Of a stretch of DNA of 64,000 bases, positions 35,236 to 44,029 are shown in pieces; within the stretch, counting starts at the first letter, position 1; every line of letters begins with the position of its first letter. The position numbers and the translations under genes are program-made. Source of the stretch: a virus; the IMG/VR virus record IMGVR_UViG_3300013117_000371; one strand, given 5' to 3'. The notes below the pieces were generated by a model. The model did no database searches, had not been told where the DNA came from, and saw only the letters and a program-made list of their open reading frames with translations.

Positions 35236-35693
35236 GCTTCACATCAATGTACGTCAACACGGAGGAACGTTTGAGAACAATCATCTTAGCAGTACACCAC
35301 GAAACCGAATACGTTGAAGAGGACTTCCCTACAATAGCGAAGGTGGAAGTCACCCCCAAACTCCTCGCCTTGCTGCGTAGAATGCAGAAGCTGCTCTGTG
35401 AGACGCAGGCAGAAGACCACATCTACGGGATATCTGCCGCCCACTGGGAGCCCTCGCTCATCGCAGGCGTAGACCCAAGCGATTACTGCGAAGATGGACA
35501 ACTGGTCGAGGGGGCAGAGGAACAAGAAGCTCACGCCCAAAGCACTATGTCCCTCAACGTCATGCCCAGGAGATTCAATTGGACGGGGTTCCTGAAGTAC
35601 TGCGGCACCCGCTTCTTTACCGACCACATCTACATCGGCGAGCCGCATAACAAGAAGCTGCCCTGGATCGAACTGGAGGAACCTGATGGATAA
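35232..35693 (+). CDS. acidic hypothetical protein
   Basis: Coupled ORF. Confidence 0.7.
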   Translation: MSFTSMYVNTEERLRTIILAVHHETEYVEEDFPTIAKVEVTPKLLALLRRMQKLLCETQAEDHIYGISAAHWEPSLIAGVDPSDYCEDGQLVEGAEEQEAHAQSTMSLNVMPRRFNWTGFLKYCGTRFFTDHIYIGEPHNKKLPWIELEEPDG

Positions 35694-35898
35694 AAAACCT
35701 TCTATGCTCACCCGCCTCTTCGCTGCCTGCAATAGGGACTGGGACTACGGAATCCTGCTGATGGACCTGGCCCTAAGAGCCGGGCTCCTTTGGGAATGCA
35801 CTGAGGAGATCGAACAGGTCGGCCCCTGTCACTATTTCAACCTCGAAGAAGAGGAGGTATGCGCTAATTGCGGTGCACCAAAACCACAGGAGGAGTAA
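35686..35898 (+). CDS. small Cys-containing protein
   Basis: WEC...CH...CANCG. Confidence 0.65.
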   Translation: MDKKPSMLTRLFAACNRDWDYGILLMDLALRAGLLWECTEEIEQVGPCHYFNLEEEEVCANCGAPKPQEE

Positions 35899-36201
35899 AT
35901 GCCAACCTACTACGTAATTATTACAAGAACAGCATACGAGACCCGTCTGTTCGAGGTCGAGGCGGATTCTCCGACGGAGGCAGAAGCCAAGGCCACAGCT
36001 GATGCCTATGACCACAACTGGGGCCCCAGCGATGGCTCCGACTACGAAGTTGACAGCATCGACCACGATGGAACAGGGGTAGACGCCGTGAATTGTTCCT
36101 TGTGCGGAAACTGGACCCCCGCCGACACTGCCCATCTTCATCGAGGGAAATGGGTGGGGGACGAATGCTGCTGGGACGAACGATTAAGGAGCACGGAATG
36201 A
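35899..36201 (+). CDS. DpnD/PcfM-like domain plus WDERLRSTE module
   Basis: YYVIITRT...FEVEADSPTEAEAKA; CSLC...HLH...CCWDERLRSTE. Confidence 0.75.
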   Translation: MPTYYVIITRTAYETRLFEVEADSPTEAEAKATADAYDHNWGPSDGSDYEVDSIDHDGTGVDAVNCSLCGNWTPADTAHLHRGKWVGDECCWDERLRSTE

Positions 36202-36280
36202 GGCTCCTGTTGTGGCAAATTAGGATACTGGACAGTTGCCAAGAGGCTGCTGATCGCCACTACTGGGAAAGCAAGGAGGA

Positions 36281-36676
36281 TTGAACATGCCCAAATTCAC
36301 CCTCGTACTCGGCGCCCGATGCTACGATACCTACAGCATCGAGTGCGCCTCACTGAAAGAAGCAGTAGACCGCGTCCTCGCTCAAGATTTCACTGACGAT
36401 GGCGTAATCGAGGAAAATCTCGGGGAGGTAGCATCCCAGGAGTACCACATTGAGGACGTCGTCTCGATCCACAGAGATGGCAAAGACGTCTCTCACCTCT
36501 TCGATAGCGAAATGTCGAACCGGCTTGCCTTCAGCTTGGTCTGTCAGGCGCTGGATCGCCTCGTGGCGGCCTCACGGGAACCCGGAGCCGGGGAAGAAGC
36601 AACGGCCCGCCTACAAGAGGCCCTCCTAACCATAGACGGTATTTTGGCCCTCATCGAGGCCGAGGGGGCCGCATGA
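36281..36676 (+). CDS. acidic hypothetical protein (DpnD/PcfM-like N-terminus)
   Basis: FTLVLG...YSIECASLKEAVDRV; AAGGAGG RBS. Confidence 0.7.
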   Translation: MNMPKFTLVLGARCYDTYSIECASLKEAVDRVLAQDFTDDGVIEENLGEVASQEYHIEDVVSIHRDGKDVSHLFDSEMSNRLAFSLVCQALDRLVAASREPGAGEEATARLQEALLTIDGILALIEAEGAA

Positions 36677-36828
36677 AAGCAATCATCCTACAGCCCATCG
36701 ACGGCCCGGGATTCGCAATCGTGCTTCTCCCACCGGAAGAGGGGGAATTCACCGACCTAGAGCCGATCTTCAAGGCAAGAGGTTTTACGCCCTGTCATAC
36801 GTACATCGGCCCCTTCTGGGACGACTAA
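36673..36828 (+). CDS. 51-aa hypothetical protein
   Basis: Read manually: MKAIILQPIDGPGFAIVLLPPEEGEF...; ATGA coupling. Confidence 0.6.
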   Translation: MKAIILQPIDGPGFAIVLLPPEEGEFTDLEPIFKARGFTPCHTYIGPFWDD

Positions 36829-36838
36829 GGAGGAACTA

Positions 36839-37102
36839 ATGCTCTACCTGATCACAAGAACAAGCTATGACGTGCTGTACTTTGACACCTACCAAGAACT
36901 CGCAGACACGCCACCGATAGCCGGAGCCTTCCTCAAGGAGGGGTTCGGCCCTTGCCCAATCTGTAGCGAGATCGGGACGCACAGGTGGGTCCTGGACATA
37001 CCTGATCTCCACGACTTTGTGGAAGAGCATGGCGCCATCGTCCTCTCCAAGGGCGAAAGGGACCTCTTCGAGGTTGAAGTCTACGACACCTACAGGGAGT
37101 GA
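36839..37102 (+). CDS. small CxxC protein
   Basis: AAGGAGG RBS; CPIC. Confidence 0.7.
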   Translation: MLYLITRTSYDVLYFDTYQELADTPPIAGAFLKEGFGPCPICSEIGTHRWVLDIPDLHDFVEEHGAIVLSKGERDLFEVEVYDTYRE

Positions 37103-37106
37103 CAAC

Positions 37107-38114
37107 TTGACCTACACATACAGCTACAGCCTCATCACCTGCCCGAATTGTGGGCAGGAATTCACCACTGATGGCGGAATTCTCCTCATCGTCTCCCTGG
37201 GCGGATCGCCTATTGAGCTCTACACCCGACTGGCTACTGAAGGAGAACTGATCGACGTGGATGACATGGTAAAGAATGGCTATCATAGTCAGACATGCTG
37301 CGCCAAATGCCGAGAGGATTTGCGGGACTTAGAGAACGCTGAGGAAGAGCGCTCCCTTCCCGACACAATGGGGAATCAGCCGCCGCTCGAAGGCACCCAC
37401 ACCCAAGCCGTCAGGGCCGCTTGCGCCATGACCGGGGAAGCGCCGCCCAACATCGATCCGGAAACCGGCATCCACTACGGAGTGATCCACTCCAACCAGC
37501 TGGACCCGGAATCCGTCGACGAAATCGTCACCAACGGTGATGACCTCAACTACAAGGCCTGGCAAGAGGAAGTCGCCGACCACCTCACCCGGATTCTCAC
37601 CCGGGCCTTCGACTGCCTGGCGTTCCGGGAGCAGGCCACCGAGTACATCGCCGACATGCTCACCCAGAAGCTAGACACGGACATGGCCCCCATCGAGGAC
37701 ATCCCGACCTTCGCTCAGAAGGTCATGGAAGGCTTTGATTTGGCCCTCCGGGAGCTCGTCGCAGACGAGGTCGAAGAACAAGTGGGAGTCCTGGGGGAGC
37801 ACTACGAGTCCCAGGGTAGCTCCTACCAGTGGGACACGCCTGAAGAAGGGCTCTCGGTTCGGTTGTGTGCAGACGGGGACATCCTCGTCCTGAAGTCCGC
37901 AGTCTACACAATGTGCGGAGAGTGCTCACCATGCGCACCTTGCGCAGGGTACCTCACCACCCAACCCGGCAAGCTGAAGGCGTACTGCCTGGACAAAAGC
38001 TGGTTCGAAGACGAGGAGTGCCCTTACCCGTACTGGAGTGTGGAGACCGACACGCTGGTGTACTCCGCCGGGAGGGGGCTGTTCGAGGAGGAAAACGATG
38101 ACTGTGAGAGTTGA
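37107..38114 (+). CDS. acidic multi-domain hypothetical protein with Zn ribbons
   Basis: CPNCG, CCAKC, GIHYGVI, CGECSPCAPC, AYCLDKSWF; start placed at TTG behind AGGGAG. Confidence 0.75.
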   Translation: MTYTYSYSLITCPNCGQEFTTDGGILLIVSLGGSPIELYTRLATEGELIDVDDMVKNGYHSQTCCAKCREDLRDLENAEEERSLPDTMGNQPPLEGTHTQAVRAACAMTGEAPPNIDPETGIHYGVIHSNQLDPESVDEIVTNGDDLNYKAWQEEVADHLTRILTRAFDCLAFREQATEYIADMLTQKLDTDMAPIEDIPTFAQKVMEGFDLALRELVADEVEEQVGVLGEHYESQGSSYQWDTPEEGLSVRLCADGDILVLKSAVYTMCGECSPCAPCAGYLTTQPGKLKAYCLDKSWFEDEECPYPYWSVETDTLVYSAGRGLFEEENDDCES

Positions 38115-38460
38115 CCAGGAAAACTGGCGCCAGGATGGGGTGGGGCCGCACAAGTGGGTTCTCGACGACGGCGGCAACTATCTCGCTGAGCTCGTCACCC
38201 AAGACGACGAAGGGAGGTGCCGTAGCGGGAGGGACCTGGCAGCCATCGGCGAATTGATGGCAAACGCCCCCACCCTGGCGTGCTTCCTACACCAAGCTTT
38301 GGGGCTGCTTGCCCTCGTTAGGGCGCACAAGTGGGGGAGAGCCCCCGCACACCTTGGCAAGACAATTGATTTACTGGTGGAGAACGGCACCGACCTCCTA
38401 GACGGGCTGCGTTCCGCCGGCGCGAAGTTCAACGCCGTGGAGGAGTACAATGAAGGATAA
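38098..38460 (+). CDS. hypothetical protein
   Basis: GAGGAGG RBS; ELMANAPTL motif. Confidence 0.7.
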   Translation: MTVRVDQENWRQDGVGPHKWVLDDGGNYLAELVTQDDEGRCRSGRDLAAIGELMANAPTLACFLHQALGLLALVRAHKWGRAPAHLGKTIDLLVENGTDLLDGLRSAGAKFNAVEEYNEG

Positions 38461-39106
38461 AGTCCCCCTCGAAGACACCGAGAAGCTCCGAAGTGCCTGC
38501 GAAGGCGTACATCCCAGGCTCCTGAAACCAGGAGCCTTCCGGACGCTTTACGACGCTGTCCTGCGCCTGGCGGAAGGGGGCGACCCCATCGCCGCCCAGG
38601 CCCTGGGCTTCGTAACCGGGAAAGAGCCGCCCACAGGTATGCCATTCTTCGATGTGGTCATCAACAGGACCTCATACCACGTCACCACCATTGGGGTCCA
38701 AGCTAAGAACCCAAACGACGCCGAACAGGTAGCCCTGAGCAGAGCACAAAAGGGGACCTTCGAACCCTCCGGCGACTGCGACTTTGCGGTTGCTCTCGTT
38801 GCGAAATGCGGGAAAGGGGAAGAAGTGGCAACCGCCGAGCCCTTCGAGGACGTCTTGGATTCCGCCGACGAATGGGCGCTGCTCTGCGCTATAGTCGACA
38901 AGCTCTACGAATTGAGCAGCCCGCACATCCCGGAAGGACTGAGGGGGAGGCACCCCAAGGAAATCCCGACCGACCACCCCTGGTGGGACTCGGACGAGCC
39001 CAAACAGCTCCTCGAGAACCTCAAGGAGGTCATGGACAAGCACGCCCCCACCGGCTTCAAATTCGGGCGGGACGCGCTCGGCCATTGGGGTTTCTGGCCA
39101 GCTTGA
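38450..39106 (+). CDS. hypothetical protein (central DpnD/PcfM-like pattern)
   Basis: FDVVINRT...IGVQAKNPNDAEQVA; C-terminal APTGFKFG...WGFWP. Confidence 0.75.
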   Translation: MKDKVPLEDTEKLRSACEGVHPRLLKPGAFRTLYDAVLRLAEGGDPIAAQALGFVTGKEPPTGMPFFDVVINRTSYHVTTIGVQAKNPNDAEQVALSRAQKGTFEPSGDCDFAVALVAKCGKGEEVATAEPFEDVLDSADEWALLCAIVDKLYELSSPHIPEGLRGRHPKEIPTDHPWWDSDEPKQLLENLKEVMDKHAPTGFKFGRDALGHWGFWPA

Positions 39107-39435
39107 ATACCGCCGACGGAGTACCCATCAAAAAAGGAATGATCCTGCACTGGCGGAACCGGGAAGAGTTACGGTCGGGGGAGGTTCTCAGCGACCCCTG
39201 CAACGTCGGCATCGGCTATCAGCAAATGGTTTGTTGCCCAGTGCAGGGACCCGGAAAACGGTTCCACGCCTACAATGAGAAGCTGTATTTCTCAACCAAA
39301 GCCGCCTTAGCCCAAAACGTATTGGAACGGGTGGAGCGCGACATTGCAGCGCTCCAAGGGAAGCTGAAAGAACGCAAGCGGAAACGTGCCGAGCTACGGC
39401 GCCTACTTGCGCAGGAGGCAAGGAAAAATGCCTGA
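39103..39435 (+). CDS. hypothetical protein with C-terminal coiled coil
   Basis: TTGA coupling; MNTADGVPIKKG. Confidence 0.6.
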   Translation: MNTADGVPIKKGMILHWRNREELRSGEVLSDPCNVGIGYQQMVCCPVQGPGKRFHAYNEKLYFSTKAALAQNVLERVERDIAALQGKLKERKRKRAELRRLLAQEARKNA

Positions 39436-39622
39436 TACCCGCGCCGCAGACCTGTTTGACAGAGCTTCGCTCCGGTTTCTTGTTGCCGCCAGGTTACTGG
39501 CCGAAGTGGAGGGGATGAAAGCGGAGAACGACCTTTGCCGCATAAGGGGGGAAGCGCCCGCCTACAACGAAGACTCTTTTGCTAGAGTACGCAACTTCTA
39601 CGAAGAACAAGCAATGTTCTAG
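39428..39622 (+). CDS. hypothetical protein
   Basis: AEVEGMKAENDLCRIRGEAPAYNEDSF motif. Confidence 0.7.
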   Translation: MPDTRAADLFDRASLRFLVAARLLAEVEGMKAENDLCRIRGEAPAYNEDSFARVRNFYEEQAMF

Positions 39623-39675
39623 TTGACGCGACCCCCCCAATTGTGGATGATGGGCCTTGGAGGTGTTAAACAAAA

Positions 39676-39900
39676 GTGGCTCAAGAACGCAACACAGTGG
39701 CAGCCCGGGAGTACTTCCCTTGGGAGCTGGAGTTCCCCTCCATCAAGACAGCGAAGCGGGCACATCAACGCTTCCGCCTGAAGGAGGCCCAGTGCATGCG
39801 GGAGGAGGACCTGCTGTTCGTCCGCCTACCCCAGGAGGAGATCGCCCAAATCCTCAAGGAGCTAGGCTTCCATTGCCTGTGGATACCACTCGACCAGTAG
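39676..39900 (+). CDS. hypothetical protein
   Basis: GGAGG RBS. Confidence 0.6.
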   Translation: MAQERNTVAAREYFPWELEFPSIKTAKRAHQRFRLKEAQCMREEDLLFVRLPQEEIAQILKELGFHCLWIPLDQ

Positions 39901-39985
39901 CAAGCCCCCCGCAGGAAGGGCCGAAATTACTCTTCCCAAGTGCGGGCTTGTAGGGACAAATAGCGCAAAAGAGGAGGAGCGAAAG

Positions 39986-40165
39986 ATGAGCAACACCAGC
40001 AAAACCAGTAACGACAAAGCTCTCTACGAAGTGTGGAAAGAGGGGGAATATGTTTGGCGCTTCAAGACACCTACCGGCATAGAAACCCGTTGCTCGCAAC
40101 GAGCGGCGGAGGAGGATGCGGAAAACTGGCGGAAAGCAAACACGCCCGGTACAAGAGCAAACTAA
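39986..40165 (+). CDS. 59-aa hypothetical protein
   Basis: Read manually: MSNTSKTSNDKALYEVWKEG...; GAGGAGG RBS. Confidence 0.6.
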   Translation: MSNTSKTSNDKALYEVWKEGEYVWRFKTPTGIETRCSQRAAEEDAENWRKANTPGTRAN

Positions 40166-40177
40166 AGAGGTGCGGGC

Positions 40178-40699
40178 ATGAGGATACCCGAACCGCTGGT
40201 CGTTCTTGGAATCGACCCCCCAAATGCGTGGTGCTGCGTCCGAGGTGATGCACTCTTAGGGTACGGGTCGTTCCCAAAAAGCCGAAAGTTTCGGGCCCTC
40301 GCCAAGTCTATCGCAGAAAGCGTGGAACTCGCCATGCTGCATGAACCAGAACTTATCGTCATCGAGCAACAGTGGCTCGACCTGCGCAGGAACAAAGAAA
40401 CCGGCAAAATGCGCCGGGACCCCCGCAATGCTCTGACCACCGCCCGGAAGTCAGGGATGTGGGTACAGGCATGGTTTGACAACGGGGGAACAGCCCTGCC
40501 CATCTTCCTCGAACCGTCGACGTGGAGGAAGCGAGTCCTCGGCGCCCGGGCCTCCGGCCGCTATACCGGTGACGTACTGAAACGGATGGCCCGCCACATG
40601 GTCCTGGGGATCTACGGCGAAAGGCTCAACGAGGATGAAGCTGAAGCTGCCGGCATCGCCCGGGCGGAGACTTTCCCGCCCCTGGAGGATTACACATGA
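40178..40699 (+). CDS. RuvC-like Holliday junction resolvase
   Basis: VLGIDP (D), IVIEQ (E), P..W.K..LG, NEDEAEA (acidic helix). Confidence 0.75.
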   Translation: MRIPEPLVVLGIDPPNAWCCVRGDALLGYGSFPKSRKFRALAKSIAESVELAMLHEPELIVIEQQWLDLRRNKETGKMRRDPRNALTTARKSGMWVQAWFDNGGTALPIFLEPSTWRKRVLGARASGRYTGDVLKRMARHMVLGIYGERLNEDEAEAAGIARAETFPPLEDYT

Positions 40700-40947
40700 G
40701 AACAAGCAAACAAAGCTCACCGCCGGGGGGCCAGAGGCAACCGGAAGGTGGGGCGGTTAAGTACTTCTCTTGTGAACAACCGACCGGCTGGAGGTCCCAG
40801 CCATGCCGCATGAAACAACAGTGCGGCAATCGCCACTGCTTAGGGTGGCTAATGACGACACAAGACGAGAGCGTCCTGCCTATAGATTGCGATCTTTCCG
40901 GCAGCGGCACCCGAGAAGGGGGGGCGGGAACGCACAGCGAGATCTAG
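40696..40947 (+). CDS. hypothetical protein
   Basis: ATGA coupling; weak support. Confidence 0.4.
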   Translation: MRTSKQSSPPGGQRQPEGGAVKYFSCEQPTGWRSQPCRMKQQCGNRHCLGWLMTTQDESVLPIDCDLSGSGTREGGAGTHSEI

Positions 40948-40951
40948 TTCC

Positions 40952-40980
40952 TCGACAACCCCCACGCTACGTAGTAGAAT
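40952..40980 (+). promoter_or_regulatory. sigma70-like promoter TCGACA-N17-TAGAAT
   Basis: Hexamers and spacing upstream of the AGGAGG RBS of 41000. Confidence 0.55.
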
Positions 40981-40999
40981 CCCCCCAGGAGGCGCAGCC

Positions 41000-41731
41000 A
41001 TGCTGAGACCGCTGGTGTGGACAGAACGAGTGGAGGCCGCCGCCGGGCTCGAGGACTTGGAGCTGGGCGTGTTCGCCAGCGATGGCACCCAGATCTTCAC
41101 AGTCTCCGGCACGGAGGAGTTCCCCACCATCTACCGGGCGTACGTTGAGCTCAACGAAACCTACGCCGGAGCTACCTACATTCTGCGCTGGCGCTCGGTG
41201 GCGACGAGTTGGCAAACAATCCTGACTGTGTTCGTCACGGGGGAGACCCTCACCGCCGAGGCGATCGCCTCCATGGCCACCGAAGTCCCGGACCCGCCGG
41301 CCTATGCCGACGGTTCCCAGTGGGAGCCGATCACCTGCTGGATCTTCAACTCGTCCGACACCGTCCCCATTCCTCAGTACAGCGCTGTACGGCTGGCTGC
41401 CGGTGACCGGGACGGGGCGGAGATGGCCCTCAACGATGACGGGGAGTTCTTCGGCGTGGTGCAATCAGGACTCGGCGCCGGCGCCACCCAATCCCAGGTC
41501 ATCGTCAGCGGGCCCACTCGAGTGCGGGCCACGGCGGAGGCCTGGGCGTACAGCGACCCGCTCTACCTCGACGTTACCGCCGGCGTGGTCACTTCCGACC
41601 CGGACCTGACCACGCCCGGCGTGTGGGTTGTACCAATCGGCAACGCCCTGGCCGACAAAGCGGCCGACGAAGCCATCGGGTACCTTGGCATCGTCAAAGG
41701 GTACAAGTACGTGGTGGAAGGAGCAGAGTAA
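41000..41731 (+). CDS. putative virion protein, C-terminal capsid-cement (DUF2190)-like domain
   Basis: IPQYSAVRL...FFGVV...VIVSG...YSDPLYLD..AGVVT pattern. Confidence 0.55.
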   Translation: MLRPLVWTERVEAAAGLEDLELGVFASDGTQIFTVSGTEEFPTIYRAYVELNETYAGATYILRWRSVATSWQTILTVFVTGETLTAEAIASMATEVPDPPAYADGSQWEPITCWIFNSSDTVPIPQYSAVRLAAGDRDGAEMALNDDGEFFGVVQSGLGAGATQSQVIVSGPTRVRATAEAWAYSDPLYLDVTAGVVTSDPDLTTPGVWVVPIGNALADKAADEAIGYLGIVKGYKYVVEGAE

Positions 41732-42639
41732 TGCTTGACCCTCAGTACCTCATTGTGAACAAGCCCGGCTCCATCATCTGGACCCTGGGCGTCACCGGGC
41801 TGACCGACGTCACCGCCAACATCTACCAGGATGGAGTGGAGATCTCGGAGAGCCCCCTCGCCTGCCAGGAGCACCCTACCGGCGGCGTGTACGTCGGCGA
41901 CCTGCGCCTGGATGATACCGGCACCTACCTGATTCGTTGGCGAGGGGACGGCAACAACGAGCAGGCGGAGCAAAACCTGTTCGTGGTTATCTCCGCCCAC
42001 TCCGCTACCATTCGGGTAGAAGACACCGAAGATGGGACCGCCCACGCCGGCGTCCGGGTCATGCTCCTTGAATTCGCCAACGTCGGGTACGACCTCATCT
42101 CGGAAACCACCACTGATGACAACGGAGAGTGCAACCTGGAGCTGCCGGAAGGGGCTTACCGCATCTGCCTGGAGAAGTCCGGGTACGTATTCACAGTCAA
42201 CGGGTTTGAGCTGGAGATCGACTACCGGGACGAAGAGGCCCCCATACTGCTCAACACCAAGACCATCCCCGTCCCGACTTCCAGGTACGTAGCCCCCCAA
42301 TCCCTAGTCACCATGACGGCGACGCTGATCAACGGCCAAGGCAGCCCCATCCGGTATCGGGAGGTGCTCGTCACCACCCTGTCGAAGGTGGCCTTCTCCA
42401 ACAACGACACCAAGTTTGTAGTTGCCGACGACCGCACCGTAGTCGAGTCGGACACCAACGGGCAACTCTCGGTTGAGCTGGTGCCCGGGACGGAGGTAGA
42501 GGTATCTGTCAAGAACACCTCGATCATTCGCCGGTTCACGGTGCCCGGCGCAGACTTCGACCTGTTCGACAACATCGACGGGGCGGACGACTACTTCACA
42601 GTGCAACAACCAGACTACCCGGACATACCTACTTCGTAA
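41731..42639 (+). CDS. Ig-like / carboxypeptidase-regulatory-like domain virion protein
   Basis: AGVRVML...TTTDDNGECNLELPEGAYRI and SDTNGQLSVEL repeats. Confidence 0.65.
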   Translation: MLDPQYLIVNKPGSIIWTLGVTGLTDVTANIYQDGVEISESPLACQEHPTGGVYVGDLRLDDTGTYLIRWRGDGNNEQAEQNLFVVISAHSATIRVEDTEDGTAHAGVRVMLLEFANVGYDLISETTTDDNGECNLELPEGAYRICLEKSGYVFTVNGFELEIDYRDEEAPILLNTKTIPVPTSRYVAPQSLVTMTATLINGQGSPIRYREVLVTTLSKVAFSNNDTKFVVADDRTVVESDTNGQLSVELVPGTEVEVSVKNTSIIRRFTVPGADFDLFDNIDGADDYFTVQQPDYPDIPTS

Positions 42640-42662
42640 CTCCACGTATAAAAGGACCACCC

Positions 42663-43487
42663 ATGGATATCGACAAAAGGATAAGGATCGTTTTCTCCAA
42701 TGCAGAAATGGCGCAGCTCACAATGAGGGATGTGCTGAGGGGCGCCCGGCGCCTGCGGAACGCCATCAAGGCAGACCTGAAAGCAGGGCTCGTGGACCTC
42801 ACTGACCCAATGCAGAAATACGCATACAAGAAGGCCAACGACGCCGCCGGAGCGGGGATACTCTTCTGCAAAGAGGGAGGGAAAGCCTACCACCTCCTGG
42901 GCATCACTGATGACACAACCCCCATCTCCGAGATGCGCGACGCCTTCCGGAAGTACTGGATTGGCCGGACTATCGCCCCAGCGCTCGCCGCCACGGGGGG
43001 GCGAGCGGAGTACATTCAAGTGACCGCGGAGGAACTGGAGACCCTGAAAGCCATTGGAATGCTGAAGTTCCTCACCGACCCCTACCGAGTGTGCTTCGGC
43101 ACCGTCGCCGGCTGGGACAGCCGCCTCACCGGCCTCATCGGCCGCCTCGTGGAAGAGAAGCGGGCAGGCAAGCTCATCAAGTACATGGCAACGGGCCCCA
43201 AAGTTCGGCGCGAGGCGGCGTTCGGGGGGTTTGTGCGCAGTGCAGCAACGCCTCCGCCCCGCAAATTGAGGCAGCCCAGGCAGGCCGCCCAAACCCAAAA
43301 GGAGGCCAAGCCCACTTGGCAGGACGTACCCCCGGAAGGCGTAGCCCAAGTTGTAATTGGGCCCGACGCCGTCAGCGTGATCAACAAACGTGGGTTGATT
43401 ATGGACGTCCCCGCTTTGCGGTCCCCACAGGAAATCTGGGAGTTTGTGGCCCTTGTCCTCGCTACCAAGTCTACTCACCTGCCGTAA
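42663..43487 (+). CDS. hypothetical protein
   Basis: 274-aa ORF with AAAGGA RBS. Confidence 0.7.
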   Translation: MDIDKRIRIVFSNAEMAQLTMRDVLRGARRLRNAIKADLKAGLVDLTDPMQKYAYKKANDAAGAGILFCKEGGKAYHLLGITDDTTPISEMRDAFRKYWIGRTIAPALAATGGRAEYIQVTAEELETLKAIGMLKFLTDPYRVCFGTVAGWDSRLTGLIGRLVEEKRAGKLIKYMATGPKVRREAAFGGFVRSAATPPPRKLRQPRQAAQTQKEAKPTWQDVPPEGVAQVVIGPDAVSVINKRGLIMDVPALRSPQEIWEFVALVLATKSTHLP

Positions 43488-43494
43488 GGCTTAA

Positions 43495-43685
43495 GGGGGG
43501 TGGCGGGGGGCATAGCCCCCCGGGTGGTCTCTTTAAAAAAACGGGGGTCCGGGGGGCAGAGCCCCCAACTCAACCCCCTCTGGGGGCTCTTCTAGGGATA
43601 CTAGAAGAGCCCCCGTTGGGGTTTAGTTGTAGTTGTTGTTATGTATATTGCGCAGGCGCGGGCGCGGGTGCACGTGCGTACGATA
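43495..43685. other. origin-like non-coding region with G/C-run hairpins
   Basis: Two GGGGG..GGGGGGCA(T/G)AGCCCCC units; perfect 14-bp stem 43582-43614; GTT-repeat and TATAT followed by GCGC repeats. Confidence 0.45.
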
Positions 43686-43710
43686 CCCTCGTCGAGAGAG
43701 TCAGCGAAGC

Positions 43711-43739
43711 TTGATGGTTTCCCACAAGTCTGGTAGAAT
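43711..43739 (+). promoter_or_regulatory. sigma70-like promoter TTGATG-N17-TAGAAT
   Basis: Hexamers and spacing upstream of khpA. Confidence 0.6.
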
Positions 43740-43771
43740 AACCCCTCGAATCAAGGGGGAGGCATGCCAAG

Positions 43772-44029
43772 ATGATCAAGGAAATAATCGAGCCGGTCGT
43801 AAAGGCCCTCGTTGACCACCCGGAAGAGGTAGATATAGTAGAACATACCATTCTCGAAGGAAAGAAGGTGTCAGTAGTGGTAACGGTGCACCCGGAAGAC
43901 CTCGGCAAGGTCGTAGGGCGCAGAGGGGGTAATGCCAACGCCCTCCGTGTCTTGCTGTCTTCCCTGGCGGGGAAACACGCGTGCACATACACCCTCGACT
44001 TTGGGGGGAAGCATGGAGGTGACGCATGA
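43772..44029 (+). CDS. khpA: KH-domain RNA-binding protein (KhpA/UPF0109 family)
   Basis: KALVDHPEEV...VHPEDLGKVVGRRG..ANALR; intact GxxG loop; 85 aa. Confidence 0.9.
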   Translation: MIKEIIEPVVKALVDHPEEVDIVEHTILEGKKVSVVVTVHPEDLGKVVGRRGGNANALRVLLSSLAGKHACTYTLDFGGKHGGDA

